Positions 11,805 through 24,819 of a DNA stretch of 64,000 bases are shown in pieces (position 1 is the first letter of the stretch; the number at the start of each line of letters is the position of its first letter). Origin of the DNA: Nemertoderma westbladi (taxonomy: Eukaryota > Animalia > Xenacoelomorpha); NCBI GenBank assembly GCA_032718475.1, contig JAUCBJ010006969.1, positions 1 through 64,000 on the forward strand. The letters run 5' to 3'. The notes under the pieces are model-generated. The model saw only the letters and a list, made by a program, of their open reading frames with translations, was not told the origin of the DNA and ran no database searches. Both the position numbers and the translations under genes were made by a program.

Positions 11805-14449
11805 ACATGAATACTAAATTGGTGCGTAATTCCCACCACAGCCACACATTAGTAAACTAATGATACATTTATTATTATTAGTAGTTAGTAAGTCTGTACA
11901 GTTAATATTAATTTAGTGACACAGTTATTATTGTATTTTTATTTCTACTAGTTTATTTATATACTTAGTTAATTATTTTTTATTTATATATTAAGTACAC
12001 GGAGGCGAGGTGCATGTGATACAGCGAAGAAAACCAGCATCAATGTATTTACATAATGGTACCTATAAGTTTGGATATAATAATATTATAGATATTGATT
12101 AATGGTTAATATTATATTATATTAATAAATATTGCGTTTAATGGGTAAATATTTTATTATTAACTCTAACACAGTATAATTATTTGTTTGTGTGTTTGTC
12201 TCTCTTTATTTATCATGGGTATTGCGTGGATGAACTTTTGATTATAATACTCAAACTGTGGGGGGTGGGATATGAAGCAAATCCAATCTCTGCGAATTTA
12301 TATTTATTTTCAATATTAAATTAACAATTTAGGGAAAGGAGCAAGTTACAGTGCCACATTATTCTAACCAAAACAATAAACTAAAGCCACTGGAACTTGT
12401 TACAGTTTTATTTGTTGGAGTAATCAGCTGTTATTGTCAGACAATCAGCTGCGATTCTCGTTTTGGGGGATTTAATTTCGACTGCGACATGTTGTAGACG
12501 ACATGTTTAGTTTGTTTATTTTTTTCATTTATTGCCCACAAAATTCGCGAGATTATTATCAATCGGGGTCTCTGGGGATTGGATGACGCTTGACTTACTA
12601 CAGAACACAACTATCCCATATCAGTTCACTTTTACGATTAATCACTCAACTCTTGGATTGGGGATACAGCTCCTGAACTGCGCCCACAATTAATAGTGTT
12701 TGGCGGCGCAGATACAAATCCGACTTAGGATGTAAAAATTGCGCATGCGCAGTGCTGTGTCCCTAATCAAGACACTTTAGACGTGAGTGCTGAAGTAAAC
12801 CCATCGTTACAATGGGAACATTGCTTCGGCTGGGGAAGTAAAGAAAGAGTTGTATAGTTTTGTTGTTCTCACTTTTGGGAGTTAGTGAGGTGTCATCCCT
12901 GCCTTACAGGTAGGAGCCAAGAGAAAGGAGCACTCCGGTACTTGTTACTGATAATTTTTTACTTATTTTGGTAACCAAGCGACATCCAATCACAGGCCAT
13001 TTATTACAAACAAAGCCGCCTTAATGTGTTTCTAAACGTCTGTTGTTTGACATTTATTTATTGTTTATTTACAAGTTTGTATATTTTTCCGATTTGTTGT
13101 GTAAATTTATTTCCTTAACCTTTTTTTTAACATTATGCAGTTACTTAAATATAGTACCTTATTTACTTTCACTTTCATTCACATTTCATCGTTATTTAAA
13201 TGGTTATTCATCGTTTATAATCGCTCTATTATGATATTATATTAATGACTATTTTTTAGTTTGTTTATAACTAATAATGTATTCTTTCTTAGTGTAATCG
13301 TTTGTCGAATAAACATTTTGTAGTTTTTCTGTCGAAACCCCATCATCATACTGCAAGTTTAATGATTGTATGGTGTGGCACAGGGCATCATAGCATCTCC
13401 ATGTGCAGCAGCAATGTAGCGGCCCAATTAATTACTAGCATGTTTATATAACTTACATAGTGGCGCCCCAATACTTACAACTTCACAACCTTCGACGCAT
13501 TGCCGACAAACATGTAGGAGTTTAGAAAATGGTTAATACTATCCTGCCCTTTCGCTGTTAGAAAGTATGTTTTACTTTGCGCCCCGTTCTTGAATGGCCT
13601 ACCATTAGTTGGTAGGTAAGTATTAGTTGTGGCCCAGAGTTAGTAAGATAGACCCTATAAATGACCTTATTTGGCAGTATTTTCTGCAACCATGTTAACT
13701 TAAACCATAGAACTTATTGTCAGTGCTACATTCGGGATCCATCAATGTTTGTACCGGTGAATATATGATTAATATTTGGTTTAAATACCTACAGTAGGTA
13801 TAACTATTCTATACAACTACCGAGAGCCTTCTTAAAAAGCCTTCTTAGCAAATATAGTACCTTATTTATGGCCTGGCACTACATAGTAAATACATGCAAT
13901 GCCATCGCCGTGCAACTGTAAGTACTGTTTATATGTTTATCTACTGTACACAAACAGATCAGCCTTTATCTATTCCATAGGCTGTATGTGATAGATTTGC
14001 CTTCCTTTTATGTGTGCCATTGTTGTCCCAATTCCACCGTTGCTAGAATCTGTTATTTATATATATTTTTACTGTGTATAAATAATTGTTAACGCTTTTG
14101 TAGTAAGTAGACAGACACCCCTCTCTTTGGCAACAAGATGACAACAATAAATCTATGTACTTTTTCTATAGTATTTTTTTTTATTAATTGCTTGGAAGTA
14201 TTAATTGTTATAAAATATAAATAATTAAGGTCTATGGTATACTATATTTTTACGTACAGATTTTTATAGCTATACGTATAAGTTTCTTACGCACAACTTT
14301 TATTTGTGTAGTTTAATAATATGACAACATAATAGCGCCATCTGTAGATTTGTTGTAGACGTAACTGGAGGAATAATATTATAAATGTCCCAAGATAATT
14401 AATTACTGTGTTTCCTGTTTTGGGGTTAACCTATTACTACTAGGATCGA

Positions 14450-16720
14450 CATGCTGCATTGCAGCTGCATTATATAAATATTACATATATATTAAGAATG
14501 CTGTGCCGGCGTTTCGACAAAATTGCGCCGCCACAACTCCCTATCACCCATGACATTTGCTAGATCATCCGCATCTTCAAGGCCAGTGTCCTTTAAGATG
14601 GTCGTCACGCGGCGAAAGCAATGTCCTGCAAAGCGGAGACGGCTTTGTTATGGTGTCAAGCTTGGGGGAACCAATGAGTCACCTCCAATGTTATATAGTG
14701 TTTGGTTGGAGATGTGTGCATTGTACTTGAAACAATGAACCCGGCGTAGCATTCTTGTGAATGTGCCATCCAGAGATTTGGTGTCCTCAGCAGTTAGAGC
14801 CCAGCATGGACTCCCATAGAGGAGTTATGGAACAACTGCTGCTATAATTAATCGGACCTTAAGTTTCCTATGAATTCTATGTGACTTCCAAATCCTGAAA
14901 AGCCCATTCAAGGCTGCCCATGCCTTCCCCTTACGTATTCGAAGGTCCTCATCTGACTTCCGGATCCATGATCCCAGGTAACAGAAGTCATCCACCTGCT
15001 CAAGCATACCATCCTTTGAGCTTATGCTCATACGGTCAGAGACTTCCTGTGGACTTTCAAAGTTAATTGTCAAAATTTTGGTCTTTTTGGAGTTAATAAT
15101 AAGACCAACACTAGAAGCAGCATTTTCTAATGAGCTGAGGAGCCGTTGGGCTCCCTCGAGTGATTCTGAGAGTACTCCTAAGTTATCAGCAAAGTCTAGA
15201 TCAGTTAGGTACTTGGCAGGATTTCCTCGACTTCTGGAGCCAGTAGGTGGAGTTACCATCACCCCATCATCATTATGATGATCTAAGGACATGCGTAGAA
15301 CATAGTCAACCACAATTAAGAACAAGAATGGCGAAAGTGTGTCTCCTTGGAGGACTCCCCATAATACTTCAAATGGTTCTGTGTCACCATCAACAGTAGA
15401 CACAAATGTTGTCGAACGATCGTATACTGATCTGATTGCTGCAGTAATTTCATCAGGAATCCCATATAATAAAAGTATGCTGAGCATACGTGAGCGAGAG
15501 ACTGAATCAAAGGCCTTGATGAAGTCAACAAAGATAAGAGACAGATGCCTATCTGTCCTGTCTTTCTATTTTGATAACTATTCAATTATCCTTAAGTGGC
15601 TAAGGGCCCATGGTCAACGACCTTTAAGAAACCCATTCTGATTTCCATGGAGCAGTCTCTCAATGGGATCCCTGATGCGATTTAATTGAATTCTATTGTA
15701 TAGCTTTGCAGCAATCGAGATCAATGAGATTCCCCGAAAAGAACCATAGTGTGTTAGGTTGCCCTTCTTGGGAACTGGCACCAACTTATTTGTTTTCATT
15801 TCATTGTTGTTCTGTACATGCCTACTACACTATGATGCGATAAATGAGCCTCCAACACTCAGGTATTTTAAAGACCTCAGGGGGAACACCATCTACTCCA
15901 CTGGCACGATTGGTCATAACGCTCTTTGAAGCAGTTTTCACTACAGCAAAGGAGATATCGCCAATGGGAATATCTGGGAGTACCGACTCAGACACTTTTA
16001 CTTATATAAAGTTATCGGGCAATACCCTGTCATTATTGAGGACTTCCAATCATTGAGGCGATCGGCTGGTGATTCAGCCTTAACCTTGGTTAAGACCTTG
16101 GTTGGCTTTTCCGCCCAGTAAGCAAGTTGATCGATTTTCATGCCTGGGATGATTGCCTGCTGTTATCAGCATCATTGATGGCATCAACCTGTTGGTTTAT
16201 TAGCTCCTGTAGATTAATAGAGTACTGCCTGTTCAGGGACCTAGATGCAACCTTAACTGCATTCTGTACTTGTATTTTGTACTACACGGGACTCTTTCTG
16301 CGCCTTATAGAGGTCATTTCGACACTTCTGAAATTTGTGGTCAGTCCAGGGGACCTTTTTCCTGTTTCGAGGGTATACAGGAACTGTTTCTGCAGCTGCT
16401 AACTTAACTACTTCTGTGAATGCAGTATAGCCCTCGCAGTGATCTGCGGCCTCAGAAACAAGAACCTCATACCTGTTGCTCAGCTGTAGTGTGAAGCTGG
16501 ATCTCACACTTGGCTGTTGCAACAGAGAGGACCAGTCATGCCGCGGCAAGGCAGATTTCGTTGTTCTGCTAGCACGCAGACTGAGTCTTACCTTGGCCAC
16601 AATAAGGCGGTGATCACTGGAGAAAGGTCGAAGTGTAAAAGCATTACAGTCTTGTATAGAGCAACAGAATATGGTCTATCTGGGATTTGTGACCATTGGG
16701 GTTAACCTGTTGGGGTGAAT
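14450..16720 (-). mobile_element. Decayed RTE-type non-LTR retrotransposon (end of APE endonuclease and RT), frameshifted
   Basis: Minus-strand fragments read SDHRLIVAKVRLSL (APE end), VPVPKKGNL..FRGISL, QNGF, GVLQGDTLSPFLF, LDFADNL (catalytic DD mutated) and FCYLGS..RKGKAWAAL. Confidence 0.9.
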
Positions 16721-17226
16721 AGTAGACCGTGTTATACTGTCTTACAATCGTAGTGGTGGGTGTGGGTGGGGAGAGGTGGGTGTGAGAGAGGTGTGTGAGG
16801 TCGTCCGAAGTCTAAAACACTACAAAACACAAGCCAAACCTCTTGCTCTGTCCCAAATTCTCAAAAGTGGCTCAAATCGTATTGAACTTTTTATCTTTAT
16901 CCAAAAGTTATAAAATCCTACAAAATTTCCAAGTAGGTATATGAATATTAATTAAAAATATCTAAATGTATCCCATCCTCAATATCCTCGGTATGTATGA
17001 AAATGAGATGCTAAAACATGTGTCCACATGGCCTTAGGGAGGGGGGGTGGGGATTTAATTCATTAGTCGTAATTAAACTAAGAATAGACGAATTTTATTT
17101 GGACTTCTGTACAGAAAAATAAAGACTATAATAATTATTATTATACATCTACTATCAATGTGTCTTCATCCAAGTTAAGTTAAGACCCGACCCCGACCCA
17201 CCACACTAAAGGCCATGATATACCGC

Positions 17227-17659
17227 CTATTTTTTGAGCTGCCCTTTTAGATCTTGCTCTATTTTTGAGCGGCAAGCCCACTGCCCTTTTAGATCTTGCG
17301 CTATTTTTTCAGCGGCGAGCCCACTGCCCTTTTAGATCTTGCGCTATGTTTTCAGCGGCGAGCCCACTGCCCTTTTAGATCTTGCGCTATTTTTTGAGCA
17401 GCGAGCCCACTGCCCTTTTAGATCTTGCTCTATTTTTTGAGCGGCGAGCCCACTGCCCTTTTAGATCTTGCGCTATTTTTTGAGCAGCTAGCCCACTGCC
17501 CTTTTAGATCGTGCTCTATTTTTTGAGCGGCGAGCCCACTGCCCTTTTAGATCTTGCGCTATTTTTTGAGCAGCAAGCCCACTGCCCTTTTAGATCTTGC
17601 GCTATTTTTTCAGCGGCGAGCCCACTGCCCTTTTAGATCTTGCGCTATTTTTTGAGCGG
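17227..17659 (+). repeat. 43-44-bp minisatellite, ~10 copies
   Basis: Unit GCGGCGAGCCCACTGCCCTTTTAGATCTTGCGCTATTTTTTGA. Confidence 0.95.
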
Positions 17660-17720
17660 GCGGCGGCGTTATTATATCTTCAGGCTCCAATATTATATAT
17701 ATAATGTAATGGTCCACTAC

Positions 17721-19830
17721 TGTAGGCCTACTGGAACACCCACTCCGCAATCGTTTGTATTGTGTTGGCCTACTGGAACACCCACTCCACAATCGTTTGT
17801 ATTGTGTTGGCCTACTGGAACACCCACTCCGCAATCGTTTGTATTGTGTAGGCCTACTGGAACGCCCACTCCGCAATCGTTTGTATTGTGTAGGCCTACT
17901 GGAACACCCACTCCGCAATCGTTTGTATTGTGTAGGCCTACTGGAACACCCACTCCGCAATCGTTTGTATTGTGTAGGCCTACTGGAACACCCACTCCGC
18001 AATCGTTTGTATTGTGTAGGCCTACTGGAACGCCCACTCCGCAATCGTTTGTATTGTGTAGGCCTACTGGAACACCCACTCCGCAATCGTTTGTATTGTG
18101 TAGGCCTACTGGAACACCCACTCCGCAATCGTTTGTATTGTGTAGGCCTACTGGAACACCCACTCCGCAATCGTTTGTATTGTGTAGGCCTACTGGAACA
18201 CCCACTCCGCAATCGTTTGTATTGTGTAGGCCTACTGGAACACCCACTCCGCAATCGTTTGTATTGTGTAGGCCTACTGGAACACCCACTCCGCAATCGT
18301 TTGTATTGTGTAGGCCTACTGGAACGCCCACTCCGCAATCGTTTGTATTGTGTAGGCCTACTGGAACGCCCACTCCGCAATCGTTTGTATTGTGTAGGCC
18401 TACTGGAACACCCACTCCGCAATCGTTTGTATTGTGTAGGCCTACTGGAACACCCACTCCGCAATCGTTTGTATTGTGTAGGCCTACTGGAACGCCCACT
18501 CCGCAATCGTTTGTATTGTGTAGGCCTACTGGAACGCCCACTCCGCAATCGTTTGTATTGTGTAGGCCTACTGGAACGCCCACTCCGCAATCGTTTGTAT
18601 TGTGTAGGCCTACTGGAACACCCACTCCGCAATCGTTTGTATTGTGTAGGCCTACTGGAACGCCCACTCCGCAATCGTTTGTATTGTGTAGGCCTACTGG
18701 AACGCCCACTCCGCAATCGTTTGTATTGTGTAGGCCTACTGGAACACCCACTCCGCAATCGTTTGTATTGTGTAGGCCTACTGGAACACCCACTCCGCAA
18801 TCGTTTGTATTGTGTAGGCCTACTGGAACACCCACTCCGCAATCGTTTGTATTGTGTAGGCCTACTGGAACGCCCACTCCGCAATCGTTTGTATTGTGTA
18901 GGCCTACTGGAACACCCACTCCGCAATCGTTTGTATTGTGTAGGCCTACTGGAACACCCACTCCGCAATCGTTTGTATTGTGTAGGCCTACTGGAACACC
19001 CACTCCGCAATCGTTTGTATTGTGTAGGCCTACTGGAACACCCACTCCGCAATCGTTTGTATTGTGTAGGCCTACTGGAACACCCACTCCGCAATCGTTT
19101 GTATTGTGTAGGCCTACTGGAACACACACTCCGCAATCGTTTGTATTGTGTAGGCCTACTGGAACACCCACTCCGCAATCGTTTGTATTGTGTAGGCCTA
19201 CTGGAACGCCCACTCCGCAATCGTTTGTATTGTGTAGGCCTACTGGAACACCCACTCCGCAATCGTTTGTATTGTGTAGGCCTACTGGAACACCCACTCC
19301 GCAATCGTTTGTATTGTGTAGGCCTACTGGAACGCCCACTCCGCAATCGTTTGTATTGTGTAGGCCTACTGGAACACCCACTCCGCAATCGTTTGTATTG
19401 TGTAGGCCTACTGGAACACCCACTCCGCAATCGTTTGTATTGTGTAGGCCTACTGGAACACCCACTCCGCAATCGTTTGTATTGTGTAGGCCTACTGGAA
19501 CACCCACTCCGCAATCGTTTGTATTGTGTAGGCCTACTGGAACACCCACTCCGCAATCGTTTGTATTGTGTAGGCCTACTGGAACACACACTCCGCAATC
19601 GTTTGTATTGTGTAGGCCTACTGGAACGCCCACTCCGCAATCGTTTGTATTGTGTAGGCCTACTGGAACACACACTCCGCAATCGTTTGTATTGTGTAGG
19701 CCTACTGGAACACCCACTCCGCAATCGTTTGTATTGTGTAGGCCTACTGGAACACCCACTCCGCAATCGTTTGTATTGTGTAGGCCTACTGGAACGCCCA
19801 CTCCGCAATCGTTTGTATTGTGTAGGCCTA
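17721..19830 (+). repeat. 42-bp minisatellite, ~50 copies
   Basis: Unit TGTAGGCCTACTGGAACACCCACTCCGCAATCGTTTGTATTG; the array begins and ends on TGTAGGCCTA. Confidence 0.98.
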
Positions 19831-19858
19831 TTATTATGAAATTGCCCTGTAGTGATTC

Positions 19859-20311
19859 TGTAGTGCATGCCGAATAGTCAAGGAAGCTTAGAAATAATTT
19901 AATCACAAAATCAAATTTAGTATTTTCATAAAATTGTTAGTCGAGACATTTTACCTATCTTTCTACAAAGCAAAACACCTTATTTATTTACTTAAGATAC
20001 AGCATGTTGATTTCATGTGCAAAACAGATGTAGTCTCAATAATAGCCCTGATACAGTAGATGTCAATTAAACAGATATTTATCAGAGTGACATCTCACAT
20101 GTCTGCTGCAAGAAACCACTAACACTAGCTTGCTTAAATACTGCATGTAACTTTCATTAGAGAGAGAGAGAGAAAGAGAAATAGAATAGATTTAATTACC
20201 GGTAAAGTTATATTTGGAGACCGTAATAATTAGTTGAAAGTTAGACATTAAAAACCAGAACCAAAACTATATTATTTTCATCATAACAAAGACAACGTCC
20301 AAACCTTTACA
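19859..20311 (+). repeat. 5' LTR (453 bp)
   Basis: TGTAGTGCATG...ACCTTTACA, followed by the PBS. Confidence 0.93.
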
Positions 20312-20312
20312 T

Positions 20313-20326
20313 TGGTGACCCGGATC
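20313..20326 (+). promoter_or_regulatory. Primer binding site (tRNA-Trp-like)
   Basis: TGGTGACCCGGATC, one base after the LTR end. Confidence 0.8.
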
Positions 20327-20412
20327 TTGGACCTTATTACTACTACCTTCAACTCCAGATGGGAAAAACTCTCTCGAAACTCAGTCACTGATTACCTCTT
20401 ATCGAATACATC

Positions 20413-21275
20413 ATGGATGGTGACGGCGAAAATGTTGGTAACGCTGTAAACGTCGCTCGCGTTTCCGTTAAACCCCCGGTGTTCTTCCGTTCTAACCCCA
20501 GCGTTTGGTTCAGAATGTTGGAATCCCACTTTACATTAGCCAACATTACAAGCGAGGTAACCAAATTTCACCACGTTATGGCGAATTTGCCAGAAGACGT
20601 CGCTTTAAACATTTCCACGGACATTCAATCATATGACGATATTAAATCTACCATTCTCCAACTCTATCAGAAATCGAAAACTGAATTATTGGAGGAAGCC
20701 CTTGGACAGGTTACTTTAGACGGCCAAAAGCCCTCCTTAGTGTATCTGCGTATAAAAAGAAAATTACGAGAATGTAACTTAACGGCGGATGACGACCTAG
20801 TTCGGCACAAACTCTTACAAGCACTTCCAGTATCGGTGCGTTCTGCTTTGATTGCTCATCAGGGTCTACCACCCGAAGATTTCGCAACGCTGGCGGACAC
20901 CATCCTCCAATTTACAAGTGGAATCCCTCAACCAAGTACTTCATATGATGTCGCCAGAGTTCAACACCCAAACTACAGTATGTTAATACCAGTGGTGATG
21001 TTTACAGAGGTGTTAGCAACACTTACAGAGCAAGAGCACCCTACCCTGTCACTTCTACCTCAAAAGTCGGAGCTATATTCCCGTTCAGCGAAGGGCAACG
21101 TCCAAAAATCTGCCGATACCATGTATATTATGGAACAAAAGCGAATACATGCACGCCATGGTGTCTTTGGCCGGGAGAAAAACCGCGTCGAATGCAACCA
21201 TCTTCCCGACCAAACTCACGCCCTGCATCGCGCTCGACATCTCCTTCCCCTGATACCCAGGGGCAGGAAAACTAA
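20413..21275 (+). CDS. gag: Gag (one -1 frame change near 20950-21100)
   Basis: The N-terminus [30 protein letters not shown] is in one frame. The CHCC motif [18 protein letters not shown] is in the -1 frame and ends QGQEN-TAA at 21273-21275. Confidence 0.85.
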
Positions 21276-24200
21276 CTGCCCTCAGAACATTTGCTGCTAG
21301 TTCTGAGGGAGCTGCCGTTTTCAAATTAACCGCAGCAATAAACCATATAAACAACAGCCACCAATCCTTATCTTTTCTTATAGACACCGGCTCACAAGTA
21401 TCCATACTAAAACCTTCCTCGTTTATTAGAAGCTTACTATGGGACAATACTGATGCAAAACTCACAGCAATTTCAGGCAATAACATACATGTCCATGGAA
21501 AAGTTCATGTCCGAATTAATTTCCTCCGACGAGAATTTCCGTGGATATTTTATGTTGCCGACGTTGAAGAAAACATTTTGGGATTGGATTTCTTATCAAA
21601 TTATGACATGCTATTGGACTGCAAAAATAAACTAATCGTGGATAATTATACAAAACTGAAATGCAATCTCAATCCAACAACATCGAAAAGTCTATCTATA
21701 TTCAAAGTGGAAATCGACCACCCTGATTCAACATTATCCAGTCTTTTCAAAGAACATTCTAAGTTATTTGATTATGATATTATTCATACTGACACACCTC
21801 CACACAATACTGTGCATCGAATTATCACCAACCAATGCCAACCCACATACGCAAAGCCACGTCAACTTAGTGGGACCAAACTAATAATTGCTCAACAAGT
21901 TTTCGCGGATATGCGTTCTCGTGGTATAATACGCCCTTCAAGTAGTCCCTGGGCGTCACCATTACATATGGTACCAAAGGTGGGGAGTACTGATAATTGG
22001 CGTCCATGTGGAGACTATAGAGCTTTGAACCGCATTACACAAAGTGATAAATATCCGCTGCCGCACATACAGCATTTTAATAGCAAACTGAAAGGTTCGA
22101 CAGTTTTCAGCTCCATTGATCTCGTTAAAGCATACCATCAAATTCCTGTGGCAGAGGAAGATATTCCAAAGACAGCTATTACAACCCCTTTTGGTCTCTT
22201 TGAATTTTTGCGGATGCCCTATGGTCTTAAAAACGCCGCACAAACTTTTCAAAGGGATATACATGAAGTACTCGGAGATTTGGAATTTGTATTTCCTTTT
22301 CTCGATGATATTATGATACACTCTAAGGATATATCAACTCATTACATTCACCTAAGAAAGGTATTTGAACGTTTAACTCAGCACAACCTGCAAATAAACT
22401 TTGCCAAGTACCAATGGGTACAACCATCAATCTTATTTCTTGGATTCTTAGTGACGGCCGACGGTATTTTACCTCCACCTAAACGAGTTAAATCCCTTGT
22501 CGATATGCCAGAACCACGTAGCTATACTGAGTTGCGACGGGTTCTGGGAATGTTTGGATTCTATCGACGACACATACCTTATTTCAGTCAGATTGTAGCA
22601 CCCCTTCAATCTCTCTTAAACAAAACTCAACCACTGAAACGTAAACAACCACAACGAAACTTCAATGAAGGTGAATGGACATCGGAACACAAAGAAACTT
22701 TCCAGAAGTTGAAAAACTCGTTATCTAACGCAGTTTTATTACATCATCCTTCATCAGAGGATTGTAAGCTGATTCTAACCACTGATGCTTCAAAGGACGC
22801 TATCGCAGCTTCTCTTCACGAAGTAATATCAGAAGAAGAATCAGTCCCCATTGCATTTTACTCTCGTCGATTAACACCAAATGAAACCTCATGGTCAACC
22901 TTTGATCGAGAATTACTTGCGGCATATCAAGCTGCAGTGCACTTCCGCAGTAACTTAGAAGGCCGACAGGTTACTATATTCACAGACCACAAACCACTTA
23001 CGTCTGCATTCAACAAACCATCGAGCATTTCTCCTAGACAAAACCGCCAGCTTTCATTCCTTTCTGAATACATTGACTCCATTGAATACATTGCAGGAGA
23101 AAGTAACATAGTCGCTGATACTTTATCACGTCAAATCGCTTCAATTAGTATTGATTCTTTTGGATTGGAAGATATTGCCTCTCAACAGTCAGCCAATTTA
23201 ATCCTTCCTGAAGAGCATTCGCTAAATATTAAAACATTTCCATTAGCAAATGGTAAAGTTATTAAGTGCGACGTAACTACTGCATACCCTAGACCCATCC
23301 TACCGGATTCATGTAGACGAACAGTATTTAACGAACTACACAACATGTCACATCCAGGAATTAAATCGACCATACGTATAATAACTGATCGTTATATTTG
23401 GCCAAATGCTAAACGCGACATAGTGGAATGGTGTAAATTGTGCACATCTTGTCAAGCAAGTAAAGTAATACAACACACAAAAACACCCCTAACACCATTT
23501 CCTTTGGCACCACGTTTTACACATATCCATTCAGATATCATTGGTCCACTAGACATGGGTGAGCACCAATATCGACACGTAGTAACGTTCATAGATCGAC
23601 ACACTGGGTGGGTAGAAGCAGAGCCAGTTACGTCAATCACAGCTGTTGCCACAGCGACTGCATTTATAAAAGTCTGGTTTTCTCGATTTGGAGTGCCCCT
23701 TTACCTCACAACAGATCGCGGTGGTCAATTTGAATCTGAATTACTAGCTGAACTCTCTAAGCTGATTGGTTTCCACCGTATGCGTACCACATCTTACCAC
23801 CCCCAGAGTAACGGAAAAATAGAACGATTCCATAAAGTTTTAAAGGCTACACTCAAAGCACGGAAATCAGATTGGTTAGAGTCCTTACCAATAGTTATTT
23901 TCAGTCACAGAATAACGCCATCTAGCGTTACTAATGTATCTCCATTTGAATTGGTAACGGGAACACAGCCGTTGTTGCCTTGTGTAGACCATTGTGTAGG
24001 CCTACTGGAACACCCACTCCGCAATCGTTTGTATTGTGTAGGCCTACTGGAACACCCACTCCGCAATCGTTTGTATTGTGTAGGCCTACTGGAACACCCA
24101 CTCCGCAATCGTTTGTATTGTGTAGGCCTACTGGAACGCCCACTCCGCAATCGTTTGTATTGTGTAGGCCTACTGGAACACCCACTCCGCAATCGTTTGT

Positions 24201-24349
24201 ATTGTGTAGGCCTACTGGAACACCCACTCCGCAATCGTTTGTATTGTGTAGGCCTACTGGAACGCCCACTCCGCAATCGTTTGTATTGTGTAGGCCTACT
24301 GGAACGCCCACTCCGCAATCGTTTGTATTGTGTAGGCCTATTATTATGA
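21254..24349 (+). CDS. pol: Pol (protease, RT, RNase H, integrase); C-terminus replaced by minisatellite-encoded repeats
   Basis: The frame is open from 21254, upstream of the track's TTG start. It contains [40 protein letters not shown], the HHCC zinc finger and the DDE core. Likely -1 frameshift at G_GAA_AAC (21266-21272) just before the gag stop. Confidence 0.93.
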   Translation, partial: YPGAGKLTALRTFAASSEGAAVFKLTAAINHINNSHQSLSFLIDTGSQVSILKPSSFIRSLLWDNTDAKLTAISGNNIHVHGKVHVRINFLRREFPWIFYVADVEENILGLDFLSNYDMLLDCKNKLIVDNYTKLKCNLNPTTSKSLSIFKVEIDHPDSTLSSLFKEHSKLFDYDIIHTDTPPHNTVHRIITNQCQPTYAKPRQLSGTKLIIAQQVFADMRSRGIIRPSSSPWASPLHMVPKVGSTDNWRPCGDYRALNRITQSDKYPLPHIQHFNSKLKGSTVFSSIDLVKAYHQIPVAEEDIPKTAITTPFGLFEFLRMPYGLKNAAQTFQRDIHEVLGDLEFVFPFLDDIMIHSKDISTHYIHLRKVFERLTQHNLQINFAKYQWVQPSILFLGFLVTADGILPPPKRVKSLVDMPEPRSYTELRRVLGMFGFYRRHIPYFSQIVAPLQSLLNKTQPLKRKQPQRNFNEGEWTSEHKETFQKLKNSLSNAVLLHHPSSEDCKLILTTDASKDAIAASLHEVISEEESVPIAFYSRRLTPNETSWSTFDRELLAAYQAAVHFRSNLEGRQVTIFTDHKPLTSAFNKPSSISPRQNRQLSFLSEYIDSIEYIAGESNIVADTLSRQIASISIDSFGLEDIASQQSANLILPEEHSLNIKTFPLANGKVIKCDVTTAYPRPILPDSCRRTVFNELHNMSHPGIKSTIRIITDRYIWPNAKRDIVEWCKLCTSCQASKVIQHTKTPLTPFPLAPRFTHIHSDIIGPLDMGEHQYRHVVTFIDRHTGWVEAEPVTSITAVATATAFIKVWFSRFGVPLYLTTDRGGQFESELLAELSKLIGFHRMRTTSYHPQSNGKIERFHKVLKATLKARKSDWLESLPIVIFSHRITPSSVTNVSPFELVTGTQPLLPCVDHCVGLLEHPLRNRLYCVGLLEHPLRNRLYCVGLLEHPLRNRLYCVGLLERPLRNRLYCVGLLEHPLRNRLYCVGLLEHPLRNRLYCVGLLERPLRNRLYCVGLLERPLRNRLYCVGLLL
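23995..24340 (+). repeat. Second copy of the 42-bp minisatellite, ~8 units, inside the Gypsy element
   Basis: Same unit as 17721-19830, followed by the same 28-bp unique flank (TTATTATGAAATTGCCCTGTAGTGATTC). Confidence 0.97.
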
Positions 24350-24368
24350 AATTGCCCTGTAGTGATTC

Positions 24369-24819
24369 TGTAGTGCATGCCGAATAGTCAAGGAAGCTTA
24401 GAAATAATTTAATCACAAAATCAAATTTAGTATTTTCATAAAATTGTTAGTCGAGACATTTTACCTATCTTTCTACAAAGCAAAACACCTTATTTATTTA
24501 CTTAAGATACAGCATGTTGATTTCATGTGCAAAACAGATGTAGTCTCAATAATAGCCCTGATACAGTAGATGTCAATTAAACAGATATTTATCAGAGTGA
24601 CATCTCACATGTCTGCTGCAAGAAACCACTAACACTAGCTTGCTTAAATACTGCATGTAACTTTCATTAGAGAGAGAGAGAAAGAGAAATAGAATAGATT
24701 TAATTACCGGTAAAGTTATATTTGGAGACCGTAATAATTAGTTGAAAGTTAGACATTAAAAACCAGAACCAAAACTATATTATTTTCATCATAACAAAGA
24801 CAACGTCCAAACCTTTACA
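24369..24819 (+). repeat. 3' LTR (451 bp)
   Basis: Matches the 5' LTR; the only difference I noticed is one fewer GA dinucleotide. Flanked by ATTC on both sides. Confidence 0.93.

Larger units (their letters stand above)
19859..24819 (+). mobile_element. Ty3/Gypsy LTR retrotransposon, CsRN1-like clade, with rearranged 3' end
   Basis: Two near-identical LTRs, 4-bp TSD ATTC (19855-19858 and 24820-24823), PBS TGGTGACCC (tRNA-Trp type), Gag CHCC motif, and PR-RT-RH-IN domain order. Confidence 0.95.

Noticed and set aside
8178-11847. Long minus-strand His/Thr-rich ORFs (up to 900 aa)
   Set aside because: They arise from a stop-free strand of the 41-bp repeat; all three frames give the same periodic peptide.
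17721-19858. 42-bp array as part of the Gypsy LTR
   Set aside because: The TSD ATTC matches only if the LTR starts at 19859; no TSD matches at the array start.
17610-19906. Four ~700-aa ORFs on both strands
   Set aside because: Artefact of a 42-bp (14-codon) tandem unit; no non-repetitive domain.
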